Shown: positions 39,511 to 53,005, counted from the stretch's first letter. The stretch: 64,000 bases of DNA from Rhina ancylostomus (GCA_030265395.1 JARFYF010000112.1:27493872-27557871); one strand, 5' to 3'. Notes: generated from the sequence alone by a model not told the origin. Made by a program: numbers and translations.

Positions 39511-42500
39511 TCAGAATGTGCACCGAGACATTCGGGAAACATAAACTAAATCAATGCTCCGGTTCACAAGCTGAGAAAGTTTTTCAATGGAAAAAAAAGG
39601 AACTGATGATTTTTGCCATTTTGGGTTTCTCTTACTGCCTGTCCTCTCTAAAAAAAAACTTTTGAAAGGAGGAAATTATTATTGAGAATCCCCCGCCGCA
39701 ATAAACTGCACCACACATAACCTTGCAAAGCATGCGATGCTGGGAATGCGGCCGATTACAGCCGACGCTTTGAACGACAGATGTGAAGACTTTATTACAG
39801 GCCACGGGATCGAGGTCACCATCGACTTGTAAATACATGCTGCATTCATTTCTTCCCATCCCCCACCCTCTCACATTCTCCTAAAACTATCTGGCTTTAA
39901 AAATTGTGGCGAGTCTAACGAGATGAAGGAAGAAGCGGAGGAGTTTGGGATTTCATTTCCATTGCAGAATTGCAACGCTCAATCAAGCTTCAGTGAGTTT
40001 TGGCCCGATTCCAACCTCTGCTAAACCCAGACAGGGAATGGAGGGGGGTGCTGAAGGCAAAGGGTAAACTATTTGAAACAGTCAAAGCGGATCTCACGTC
40101 TACAAAACGATTTTACACCAAGGTCGTTTTTCAAACGCTACTGCATTTTAACCAGCTTCCCAACGCTTGCCCGGGCGGTAATGTCACACGAAACACTACA
40201 CGATACGCACAAAAGCTGTTTTTTAAAGCCTCTCTGTGCCCCTCTTAGTCCTCTGAGACTTTTCTTTTGCAAACCTAAAACCCATTTTGTGTCACGTTGA
40301 CTGTTGAATTGATCAGGGAGCGGAATGCCCTCCAAACGCGCACAATTGGGTTTCTTTCCGGCAGCGTCGAAAGAATGGAGCGCCTGTGGAAACACAGCAA
40401 CAGTCAGTCTCTCCCCGCGAAACACTCACACTATACTCACTGGGGCACATGCGGTTTAGTTAGACGCCTATAGAAGGCAGAAAAGGAGATTAAAGTTTAA
40501 CTGCGAAACACAGTGGCGATTAGAATGGAACAACTGCTCTGTTGCTTTTTTGTTTGTTTGTTTGACTTTTCCTACGAAATGCACAAGATCGGAGCAGCGA
40601 TAACTGCGCAGAAATGGAACTCAAAGCAGACGGTGAGCATGTGGCTGGTGACGACGCTAGGGGTCTGTTCGCTGTCTGAATCCCCATTGCCCCTGATAGG
40701 AGGCCCCGGGCTCTCTGGTGTCGCTCCCAGCCGAGTCTGGAGCGCCGCGGCACGAAAATCAATGGAATCGCCAGCCCGTGGTCACATGTCCCCAGGGAGG
40801 GCCGGCCTCCCAAATCCACTCGCAAAACAACATTCCTCTTTCCTTCAAACAACCGGCTCGCTCTCTCCCTCTCAATCCGACACTGAACTGATTTGTAATT
40901 GACTTATGGCACAATTTATTTAGATTCCAAATAACAATAAAGAGGCCTTTAATGACCAACTTTTCCGAATCTCCATTTTAATCTTGCTTTACAAAACACA
41001 TTTAAACAGCGATAAACTAACTGCCGTTTTTTGTACAATTGTCTGATACTGATAGACGTGCAGCTTATGTTGCTAAGAAATGGGATACTCTAGTCAGGAG
41101 CTGCATCTGGCCGAGATGAAATGAACTACTTTGTAAATGCCCCAATTTGAATCAGACCGGGGCTTGTTGGGTCCAACCACGCTACACGTCGAGCTTTTAA
41201 AAGCAGAGCTGAAGTGCCGCGAATCTATTGTTTCCACATTTAATATATTATTAAATGCGATTGGACCGAACTGACTTCAATGAGTGTCTTTATTTTCCAT
41301 CGTAGAACCAGTAAAAATAAGGGAAAACAAACAAGGATAGAAATCGCACGCTGTCACAGACTGGGACCCCTATTGTTTTCCCCAGAACATCTAAAATGAA
41401 ATAAATTGCAAACAAACCCCCCTCCCGGTCGACTGCGGCTTTAGGCCCAGTTGCGTTGTAATTCGGAATAATTAGGCTCAGTCCCTCTGTCAAACTGTTT
41501 CGCATCATTCGCGGATGAGCTTGTTGCTAAATCAAGACAACAAATCAGAGGGTAAAAAATACCGACTGAGGAGACGCTTCTTTGTGTGAAGCTGTTGTCC
41601 TTGGATTATTAAAGCTGTCATGTCACCTACGCGTAATCGAGAGGAACAAGTCGAATTAAATGTCTGTGTCCCTCTTCCCCAGACCGTTAATAGCCAAACA
41701 CTGAGATCTGGAAAGATGATGGTGCGTGATGTCTGCGTATCTCATAAAATGTTACCCAATTGTTTTAGTCGCGTACTTTTGTTAGCGCAATCTCTTTGCC
41801 GTTATATTTCCTCGTGTAAGCACATTGCTGGTCTGCTGATTTCAAGTATATAGAATTAACTTGAAACTGCCATTCCACGCGAAAGTTCTCATTATATGTA
41901 TTCCATTCTAGTCCCTAAACGTTACAGCAATTCCCAGGGTTTTACTCCTTGCACTGCAATAACGTCTAACATCCAAATATACACCAACAGTACTCCATTA
42001 ATCTCTAGTTTGTTAAATTAGCTCAATAAATTAGCATTCTAATCTCAGAATTTTCGATGGACTGTTCGTGTCCACATAGCTTCATAAGTTACCAACCCAT
42101 CTACGCGGTGTCGCCTCGAGAACCTAAAATGAGTTCATTTTTGGTTGCGCAACATTTATTTTTGAAGTGGAAATCACAACGCAGGATTAAATCTACAGGT
42201 GAAAAGACGACTATACTATGAACCGACGCAAATGAAAGAAAAATAGTAATAACTGACCAGTCTGACCCGATTCAATTGTGCGTACCCGCTTTAAGAGGGG
42301 GAGACTATTCACTGCAATACTGGGTGTTGTGTGAATGTGCCTGAAACCTCTGTAGCTGTTCACCCCGTCTCAAAGCCCTCCCTCCGGAAAGCAGGGATCA
42401 GAAGGGTCGAGGACATGATTTTGCACCGTCATATATCTCTCTTTTATTATTAACCGATTCGAAGATTTATAGATTTCCCGGATTCCTGTTTAGCAAAGGC

Positions 42501-43518
42501 GCGACTACATTTTAACATCTCGGAAACTCATTTACCGTAACAAAGATCTCGACTTCTTTTGTTTCTTGGAGTCAGGAGGAGGGGGAGGGGTGGAGAAAAG
42601 ATGGGGGATTGCTTTCATTGTCTACGACCGTCCAAGCTGCGGTGGTCAGATTAAATGTGACCTTTCTAGCTGGGTTCCAAATATCGTATAAGCAAATTCT
42701 TTCAATGTTACCAGCTTGTTGTTTTCCAGTTTGATCGAATCGTTGCAATGGAGAATTTGCTGAGATGTTTCTCAAGGGCATTCTGGAGATTTATTTTTCA
42801 ATCTCAACGTGAAGACCCGAGCAAGACAGATCAAGCTAATCTCCACCCAGCCCTCTCGTACCCTGTTATTTATTTGCAAGAAGGTGAGTAGTCTTTCTTG
42901 GGAAATTGGAAGGGCAATTGCGAGAACGTTTTTTTTGCTTTCTTTTTTAAAAAGTGGAACATGGAGGGAATTTAACCAACTTTAATAGGATCGGAACACG
43001 CAATGTATGCATTTTTTTTATAACCCGTCATCTAATCGATCAGCCTGTCCGCATTGAAGATACATGTGGGACTCGTTTTATATTTTACCTCATCTCATTC
43101 TGCTTTCTACACGCCGTCTAAAACACATTGATAGATAACATTATATCGTCTTTTCCCCATTTTTTTTCCATGCGGTTACGAGACGGACGGGGCGCAAGGC
43201 TACTTTGGAGCTGTAGCCTTGTTCTTCGGTGGCTCCGAACCCTCGATTTCTCCCCACCCCCACCCCTAACAATTTATGGAGCTGCAGATTTAGTGAAGGA
43301 AGAAGTCGCCCACAGCTATATATATCTAAAAGCTGATTGACACTGACGTCTGGGGAATTAGGAATAGAGTTGCGTTTGGCATTTTGTTAATCAGCCCGAT
43401 GGAGCGTACAGACAGATGAGATGAGAGAGGAGGTAGAGGTAAAGCTGTCTGTCCTCCGGGGAGCCTGCGAGGAAAGGTGGGGAAACGTAGATCTAGGGTC
43501 CGTCATAAGCTTTCTCTC

Positions 43519-43541
43519 CACACACACACACACACACACAC
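43519..43541 (+). repeat. (CA)11 microsatellite
   Basis: Direct reading. Confidence 0.95.
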
Positions 43542-44863
43542 GTCCCATTTAGCCACCAGTCACTGGGACCTCAGCATCGAATGAAAGACGAGCCGCATCG
43601 GGATCCGTGCACTGTTTAATCTTGCACAAGAATACGTGGCAAATAAAGTAACTTCGAGGCGCAATACTCTGACTTCCTCAAGGCAAAAGCAGAAGGTTGA
43701 AAATAAGAAGAATATGAGATTCCAGTAAACAATTATTAAAACCCTTAAAATAAAGTTGCATAGCGAAAACACATTTTAATCAAATGAACCCGGCAGGCCT
43801 GCTGGATTGTATAAGGGACTCGCTGTGTAGCAGGCAGTCGCCGATGCTTTTACACTTGTAATCAAGACAGTTAACAGCTTTTCTCTTATTTAATCGAGCA
43901 GGCACAACTGCACCAGTTACATCCTGATTACTCAGATCCAAAAAGTAATTCTTATGAAATTTTGCTGCTCCTCATGTGTGTCCTCATGAAATTTATGTTT
44001 GAATACGGATAATGCTTTCCATTTCTATGACTAATAATTCAGGATTAAAGCCAATGTGTTTCTCTCTCTGTAGGTTGCAAACTATCGAGGAAAATACGAT
44101 GAGATCTGCAGGCTGAAGAATTCATGTTGGCTGAAATAAAACTGAACTTTTTTGTTTTTTTTTAAAGTACAAACTAAAAGGCAGTGAGGAGATGGGTGTT
44201 TGAGCCGTAATGGGGCTCGTTACTCCATTGCTTCCACTGACAAGCTGAACAAATGAGACTCAGCTCATTAAAAGGTAGGCGCGATGAAAGGACTCTAAGA
44301 ATGGAAGATCTGTGTGACTATTGTGTGTTTCTGTGGGAGAAGTGGGATGGTATAATGAAATCGGAAATAAAAGCTAAAAAGGGAACTAAGCTTGTTATCA
44401 ATATTCAAACGAGAATTTGATTCATAACATTTATGATATATACTTTTACATAGAGAGTCGGTGTAATTAACAAATTAAGCGAACGTTACATGAAATACAG
44501 ATTAAAACGAGTTAAGGAATGATGCCACTTCAAATGGAAGATGGAAATAAAACATTTGGTGAGCAAAATATCGGGGCCATTCTTGTATCTCTGGGTGTAA
44601 AATGGCCAAGTATCTTTACCTCAGTAAATCAGCAGGAAATGTGACGGATAATATAACAGACAGCATTCGAATGTTGTTCGCTTGTCGGAGGCCAATAGTA
44701 TTCCTACTCAGCTCCAGGTCGTGCACAGTTTAATAAATGAGACCAATCCTTTTTAAAAAAGAACATTACTGGGAGAGTTTATCCCGGTGTACGGCAATCA
44801 TTGCTGGCAGTAATAAATTCCCTCAATCATTCATTGCAGGTACATAATACTCTCCTTTTCCGT

Positions 44864-44929
<66 letters not shown>

Positions 44930-47900
44930 CGGGGGCGGGNNNNNNNNNNNNNNNNNNNNNNTTGTGTCCCTCTAGCCATCTTCAATATCCTAAACAATAC
45001 TGTAACTACCAGCTGGCTGGTTCTTTCATTGGCCTGAAGCAGTGCAACAACTGCCTGAAATGAAAATGTACATTTAAGCTGCTTCAAATCCTGCTGACAT
45101 TTTTTTTGGAGTAAATCCGATTGAAAAGAAAGTGCACCATGGATAGCAAATGTGTTTGAGAAAACATTATTGTAAACACGTCCGTATTAATTCATAGGTT
45201 TGTCGCACAATATCTCCATATTTTATTGCACAGAACTTTTTTGTTCAATGTAAATCGGTATCTATTAAGTCTATATTACCTGTAACTGCTAGTTTTTCAT
45301 TGGCTATCTACAAACCATTCTATCGCCATCCACGTCTGTGCTCTACTTATTTTTAATGCTATTCGGTTTCTTATTCCCCTATTTCTGTTCCATCATGTAA
45401 TACAGCCTTTTCCCGGCCCACACTATAATATGTCCAAATTCGGACGTGGAGTGCACTCACTCTCCCGCTCTGCATGAGTGTTGTATGTTAAACTCCACTT
45501 TCCCCCGTAATCCTTCTAATCCGTCCTTTTCAACACAAGGTTGACAGTCACCAATTTAAGGAAATATAACGTTTAATTCTGAATGATCCTCTTTAAAATC
45601 CAAATATTAAAAAAAACTATTGCTTTCAGAAAGAGTTACATCAACTTAAAAAAAAGAACCAGTTAAGACTACCAGCTTTTCGAGACAAACGTGCCCGGAG
45701 GCAGAGACTGGGCATTAACCCGTCTCCGACTCCGCCGAAGAATGAAACACACACACAGGCTCTTCCATTACAGCGGTTCTATTGAACCGGGGCTTAGTGT
45801 GATTCGACAGCGAACCCTGAAAACGGAAAGTTCGTGGTATTCACCTTGAAATATTTCCGTTTATCTCAGTAACTGAGCATGAGCAAAGTAACTGAGTATC
45901 TCAGTAACTTTGCAGCGACGGACAAGATATAAAAGGATATCACGCATAGCATAGATGAGAATGACTTCGCCAAAGGTGAATGTGCAGGGAGACAGATGAA
46001 CACAAATGCTGGCAGCAGCATGATCTTATAAAATCTTAAGGTCAGTAATGTTTAGATACGAAGAAGTAAATATTAAAAATAAATATAATGCGCACAGTGG
46101 AATTCAAATGGAGGTTTCTCCTAATATGTTAAGATTTAAGCTAAACTAGCACGTATGCCAAATGGAACAAACGATAAAAATGAATGTATACCCCACAAGA
46201 TCTATGGATACAAATGTATGAATGGACATGTCGCGATTGGTAAAGGGTGCAAGAGTGATTAAAAGGCAAACGAATAGCCCGTTAAATAATGAACATACTG
46301 TGTGAGTGTTGAGGGAGAGAGTGAGAATGAATCATGACAATATCAGCAGTAAATAAAAATGCTGGGGAATTCATCTCTAGTTTTCCCATATCTGCGGATA
46401 GGAAGTTCAAGGTAAACTTGGAGCCTTTGTTATTGCATTTGACCTTCATTTCATGCAGTCGGCAAGGAGTTGACGCTGACTGCTGTGTTTCTATCGGGTC
46501 TACCCGGGCTCCACGAAACAGACCCGCGCCCTTAATGAATGCAGTCCTGTATAATTAAATAATTGACCGCTCCCCGGAGGAGCCCTTCGCCGCATCTGTC
46601 CCTCGACTCCACGTAGTATCCCAGACAATGCAGACCAGGCAGAAAATCCTTTTCCTAGCTGGTTGTTTCAAATGCTTTTTGGGAAAACGCCTCACGTGAA
46701 ATACGGGGAAATTAAAGCGTTTAATAAAATATACTTTATTAAAATAAGAAATATTTAAACAGCATTCAGTCTCATAGATACCATTAATATAAACATTTAT
46801 CTTTTCAATCATGCTGGTCTAATATTTCCCTTTAACTGTTACTTGAACGTTATACAGGAGGACGGAGGTAGTCTCAGTAGCCCACACAGCACAGGGACCA
46901 GTTGGCTGATTCTGAATTAAAACCTATTTTGAATACAGGGGAATGAATATATTGCCTATAAAAGACAAATAGGCAGTACACGTGGATCCGTTTGCAGTGG
47001 AATATGTTTTGATAGTTTCGTTTACAAAGCAGTATTGACGGCATTTTACAACTGATGGAAAGTTGAAGCTTTTTTTGGTGAATTCATTGGTANNNNGTCT
47101 GAGAGCAAGGATTCACTTCCCAAGGGTGGTAGTGGACGGCTCCACGGTGCTGAGGTTTTGTGTACATATTTCTGTGTTGCTTTAGACTTTTTAAAAAATA
47201 GCACAAATAAAGATGAAATTGGTGTTTTTTTCTCTATTTGTCTTATTTTGCTTTCCAATCAATAAATAAACCACGCTCTTTAAAACTGCACCTTCCTCTT
47301 TTTGAATGCGATCCACTCAGTTTCAGAACTGTCAGTGATTTTCCAGCAAAGCCAAGTGCCAACAGAAGCAAACAGAACCAGACTATAAATCTTTCATAAA
47401 TATCTGTACTCTCCCTGCTACCACTGTGAAATCCACATACATTGCTCTGTACCTCCCGAAAGTAACCCAGTCAAGTAAAATAAAGCAGTACCCGATAACT
47501 AAGAGCACCGGGTATAGGATGTGAGGATTCCTTCAGACCAGTAATAATTCTGTTTGGTCCAGTTCGGTTATTTACAGCCTTGAGAAAGGTTCGCGAAAAT
47601 ATATTTAAAGACCAATGTTACAACAAGATCAAAGTGAGCTCGGTAGTAAAGTGGTTGATGTATTTCAAGGAGAATTTGCAGAAATTTTGTGTTTAATTTT
47701 GACGTACAAGGAGTTTAATGAATAGCAAAACGTGAGTTTTATACTTTGCGTGATTATCCGATAAGCGCCGATTTGAACAGTTAAACTGTAACAGAAAATC
47801 TTCGAGATATCTCTTAAGAACTGGGCGACTGATTTCGCATTAAAGTTTGCCTGATTCCTCCCCTCGATGCAACATCGGCAACGCCTACAGGTAGTGGGAA

Positions 47901-49669
47901 TGAATGTGTAGCAGCCACGCCGCCGGACACCTCCAATGTCACCCGGACTGTTAAAGCGGCCAGTTCCCAGTGAAAATCGAACTGTGCAAGTCGTGCCCCA
48001 ACATAGCCGCAGCCACTGCAGAGGTACTTGTTTGAGATACAAATAAAATAGTGGCCCCGTCAAACACTCAGAAACTCGCATTCTAATGCGCCATCGCAGT
48101 TGACTTTGAACGCCTGTTTTTCTGTTTGTTTAATCATATTCACTCCAAGACGTAAGAAAAAGGAATCAGTTAAGGTTCGGTCCAGAAGGTCTGACCGTAG
48201 CGAAATTATCCCCCACTTCCNNNNNNNNNNNNNNNNNNNCCACCTCCCCAAGCCCCTACACCGCCCCCCCCCACACAAACATATATATACACACGCGCGC
48301 GCGCAAAATAATACTGTAGAAAACTAAAATAGCAGGATCGACAGACCCAATTTTTGCATGGAATAATTGTACTGAGATCAACTGAAAGGGAAGAGGGATT
48401 GGGAAAATCAGCCACTAGAGAGGGGGATCTTAAGTAAATGGTACCATTATATAACTGCTTCCTTTTACCATCCACTCCAACCATGTCCAAAAACAAAATG
48501 ACAGGATGGCTGTAGATACATCATGAGATTCCACTGCAAATTTTAGTAAACTAACCGAGATATTTAATCTGTGATCAGACGAATGCAATGGTTAAATAAC
48601 CAGCGACAGCTGGGTCTAACGGAAAGTCCAATGTTGGGAAAATTAGCTCAGTTTCTCTGAGCTGCTAGGTATTCTGAACATTTGCTGATTTTCAGCACCC
48701 GCAGTATTTTGCATTTACTCTGTGCCGAGATTCGCGGTGACCTTGCCTTGTTTACAGTTTGCTGGTATAAACAAGTGTTACACACACGAGACTGAGCTGC
48801 CTACTGTTCGCCCATCTCTCCTCCCCTCCCCGAACCGGACACAGAGTCTCTACTGTGGGTGAAATACAGGGGTCCACATTGGTTACGTTGTTTTTGTTTC
48901 GTGAATCGATCAGTGCCGATGGAAAATCCCAAAGCGGAATATCTCCGGCAAGGAAAAAAGAATCAGAAACTGCCTCTAACTTGAGTTATTCAGTTAAATG
49001 TCCATCGTTTACATTACTAATTTAACCTACTGCTCAATATAAGGTAAAACAAACCGGTCCCAAGCCTTCCCCTTGGGGAATAATGGAACGCAAAATGAAC
49101 TAGTTTGTTAATAAATGGGCCCTTCTGATCCAGTATGTACAAAAACAATACCGTTGCCTCATAGACGCCTCAAAGTTACTGGCGATCGAGCGAGTGTCCT
49201 AAAGGGTCTGTCAGGGGCGCCTCCAAACAAGTTTGAAAATACTGTCCGGATCAAAAATGTTTCAATAATAAGATTCTATATTTTGTATCTGATTCCTTCC
49301 GTGTATGGCATTATAATCAAAACATATTTGCTATTTTGAATTAAACAGTGATGAAATACAAATAGTTAAGTGCCTTCCAGACATCATCTATGAGGCTTCC
49401 CTGCCATTTTAGCAAGTCATGATCCGTCCATTGGAGCCATCTGGCTGGGTGGAGCGGTTGAGGCAGCACTTGAGCCTCCGCGATCCGTTGGCTGAAGCGC
49501 CGGGAGCCGGCCCCGGTTCATGGTGTACGGTAACAGCTGGAGATCGAGAACTATCGATCCTTCGCTAGGTTTGGCTGGAAGGACGAGCATCAAGGTTCAC
49601 TCCTGGGAGCCGTGGATGAGGTAGTAGTCTCCAGCCCTCCTCCCCAGAACACCGGGGAGGGAGGGTGCC

Positions 49670-50085
49670 GAGGGGGATTCACTGGGATGCTGCCTGGCAT
49701 GGAGGGTTTCAGTTATGTGGGGAGCCTGGATAGGCTGGGTTTGCGTGCCCTGGAGGCTGAGGAGGACCCGACACAGGTATACAAAATTATGAGGGGCATA
49801 CATACGGTAGAGAGTAAAAAAATCCCTTTAGCAGTAGTGTCGAAAACTGGAGGACATAAGTTTAGGGGCAGAGGTTTAGAAGGGGAATGTGGGACGTNNN
49901 NNNNNNNGTACTACCTGACAGGTGGTGAGGGCAGGTACTCTCACAACATCTAGTAAGTAGCTGGATGAGCACTTAAATCACCACGGCACAGAAGGCTATG
50001 GGATTAGTACAGACAGGTACTCGATAGACTTCATGGACATGATGGGCGGCAGAGCCTCTTTCTGTGTTATATGACCCTCTGACTC
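49670..50085 (+). mobile_element. CR1 LINE, 5'-truncated 3' end (ORF2 C-terminal remnant plus 3'UTR)
   Basis: Translates FTGMLPGMEGFSY..LDRLGL..LE...VYKIMRGI...TGGHKF, typical of the CR1 ORF2 C-terminus; ends tctgtgttatatgaccctctgactc. Confidence 0.85.
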
Positions 50086-51729
50086 CAGTCGATGGAGTTA
50101 ACGCGGAGTCAACTCCAATGTCCCACCTGCGAAAGAACATCTTGTAGCAAATGCTACCTCCAGCAAAGGCAGAGGCGCATTGGATAAAAAAGAATCAAAT
50201 AAGTGGTTCCGATATTGATCACCATTTAATCGTTCTTCATTATTTCACGCCAGTCATCGGACTCTGAGACGAAAGCCTCATTGCCGACGCGCACTGATGC
50301 CCAGTCCCTACATGGGCCCGGTTTACTTGCTTTGACTTTGAATGAATGAAACTAATCTTAAAATGACGAGAGGCAGAGCAGGCGGAGGAGCGGGCACAAG
50401 CTGCAGCTTCGAGAGAGAAAGAAAAACAATCGGAGAAATCTGAGTCTGTACACTGACGGCTTCACTGAACCTGCTCTGACTCTGATCACCTGAGTAAGTA
50501 CACACACATGGGTCAGAGGAGTCACAAACAGTTAAAAGATAATAGAGTTCCCGACCTTCTCTTAACTAAAGTGATTGAAGTCCAAGTTAAATCGCCAGTG
50601 TGACACTGTCGGCGTGAACACAGCTTAACACCCCAGCCCCCACTAGCACCCAGCCCTCGTCTTTCTAACCACTTTTGGCAACTGCTGTCACCAGAGTTAG
50701 GCTATTGCTAATCAGAGTAGCCCCCCACTGCAACCCGAATGAGTTTTCTAAAGCACATAAAATGCGCGTTAAAAAAGGTTAGCTTTTTTTACATGCACGT
50801 TTCAATAAATACTGTATTCTGCTCGAAAACAGGACGAGTGGAAATGATTTAATTGCATTTATGCAAATGAGCAAAGCAGTCAATAAAAGGAGGAAAAAAA
50901 GACCCATTCAGCATTTTTTATGCAAGGGCAGTAATGTATAAACAAAATGGTTGTGTTGAACAGGCTGGGGGAGGTGATTGAAGGGGTCCCCTGAGGGATG
51001 TGAATGTCATAGGATCTTGCAATATCACTTACGTGAAATTTAATATGAGCCAATACTTCAGCATCCAAATGGGATTTAGCTTATGAAAGCGGGGTCTGTG
51101 TACAATACCAGCCAACCCTGTTATGTGCGTGGATGGTTTGATTGCGGTTCTGTCGTAGCTGGAAGGAGGTTTCTATGCACTGAGGGTTATTTAGAATCAG
51201 CTGGACCAAATTAACCCATAGTGCATAGAAAGTCATTTGCAGTTAACAGCAAAAAGACATCGCACTGCAATCATACTACATCAGCACAAATGAATTTCTA
51301 TAAAGTTCTCACACTAATTATTTGAAAGTTAAATTACACAACTATGAAGGACAGAATTTGAGTCACAATCTTCCTTAAAATTCAGATTTTTAAAATCTCA
51401 TACAGGATAGGTTCCACACAAGAAAACTTAATGAGCATGCTCCTATTAACTGAGAGGATGTTAGAGAGGAGGTCTGACAAGAGGAATAGGGAGAGGTCCA
51501 AAAGAGGTTTTTAAAATTATTTTGAAAGGTTAGGAAAATGAAGGCTATGAAGGAAAACATGAGGAGAAGCACAAGCATCAGAAAAAAATGGATGTCAAAC
51601 TCTGGAGAGTGAATCGTTAACACATCCCAATGAAATGGCAGAGAATTATATCTTGGATGTAGATATTACACCAGGATTGTTGTGTCAGTGTGGGCTGTTG
51701 CCTTTTTTGTCTGTTTGAAAATGTGAAAA

Positions 51730-51731
<2 letters not shown>

Positions 51732-51765
<34 letters not shown>
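51732..51765 (+). repeat. (TA)17 microsatellite
   Basis: Direct reading. Confidence 0.95.
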
Positions 51766-51768
<3 letters not shown>

Positions 51769-52379
51769 GTTTATTCCTCAGTATAGTTACTTCTTCATGC
51801 CTCCCCTTTTAATTATTTTTTTGGATTTGTGTTGATTTTATTGATAGACTCATACACCCATATTGTGTACTTTCTGACTGTCTCTTTGGCATCACTAACT
51901 AGCTCTGACACAAAATATACAGGGCACAAAAGGTTGAATGCCCTGACACTATGTATCATGTTTGAGGTACAGCTCGAAAGTGTTGTAGTCCGTTCAACTA
52001 AACAAAGTCAAGCAAATGTCAATGACAACGTTGAGCTAAAGACTTGTAATTACACAAATACAGTACATATAACTGGAGGGATGTCACCATATTGTTTTAA
52101 GGTTAAAATGCACAAAGTTTTGTGGGCCATAGTTTTAGATTCTTGCCTTAGAAAGAGTTGGCACAGTACCAAACTACAGTGAGACCACCACCTTGTGGAG
52201 GCCTCAGTCCTGCCAACCCATAGAAAAGTAGTAGGCATACATTTAATTTTTGTAGTCCTATTCAGTGAGACTGAGAGAGGGAAAAAAAGGTCTCAGAACA
52301 GCAGTAAGGTTATGTGTAAATGCAACTGTGGTGCTTTGAATTAATAAACTGTAAAATAGTAAAACATTTATATCATGTA

Positions 52380-52540
52380 AAAAGGAACTGTATTTACAAG
52401 GCACCTTACAACCTCAGGACATCACAAAGTAATTTAAATGCAATTATGTATTTCTGAAATGTATCATTCACTTTTGTAGGAAATACAACAGACAATCTGA
52501 ACTCAGCAAGTTCTGTGTAATAGCAATCAGACAAACTATC
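52380..52540 (-). mobile_element. Deu-domain SINE 3' part
   Basis: gcaccttacaacctcaggacatcacaaag...tgtaggaaa...cagcaag is the reverse complement of the SINE tail seen at 8.3 kb. Confidence 0.55.
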
Positions 52541-52704
52541 TCTTCATCCTCTGAAATGAGGATGATTTCCAGTACAGTTCTGAAATTACTGATGAGTCTG
52601 ATGTGCCACAGATGGGGTAGGAAGTTAGTTGGTAAGCATTACGGGGGTGATACACTCTCTCCATCATTTTCACTGAGCTTCCATGTGCTCCATCAAAGAA
52701 TTAG

Positions 52705-53005
52705 AACTATAACATAGAACATAGAACAGTACAGCACAGTACGGGGTCTTCAGCCCCTGATGTAGTGACAACCTATATAAACCTACTGCACGATCAATCT
52801 AACCCTTCCCTTCTACACAGCACATAACCCTCCATTTTTTTCTTACATCCATGTGGCTATCTAAGGTCCTTTAAATGTCCTGATTGTACCAGCCCCTGGC
52901 AGTGCATTCCAGGCAACTATCACTCTCTGTGTAAAAAACCCATCTCTGACATCTCCCCTAAACTTTCCTCTGCTCACCTTAAACAGACATCCTCTGGTAT
53001 TTTGA
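52705..53005 (-). mobile_element. CR1 LINE 3' end
   Basis: (aacatag)n terminal repeats followed by aacagtacagcacag; ggcagtgcattccaggcaactatcactctctgtgtaaaaaac. Confidence 0.85.

Larger units (their letters stand above)
15700..51160. promoter_or_regulatory. Broad CpG-retaining (probably unmethylated) domain around the gene start
   Basis: By eye, CpG is frequent even in AT-rich stretches here, but scarce in 0.5-15 kb and 51.2-62.9 kb; recognisable repeats are sparse at about 21-48 kb. Boundaries approximate and not computed. Confidence 0.7.

Noticed and set aside
44864-44962. 66-nt poly-G run (poly-Gly/poly-Pro ORFs, G-quadruplex candidate)
   Set aside because: Abuts an N-gap; long poly-G at contig ends is a common short-read artefact, so its length is untrustworthy
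49612-49953. 113-aa ORF as a host gene
   Set aside because: Decayed CR1 ORF2 C-terminus, listed as a mobile element
50093-50117. Short hairpin tggagttaac-gcgga-gtcaactcca at the CR1 3' junction
   Set aside because: 9/10-bp stem is within chance expectation for a 64-kb window
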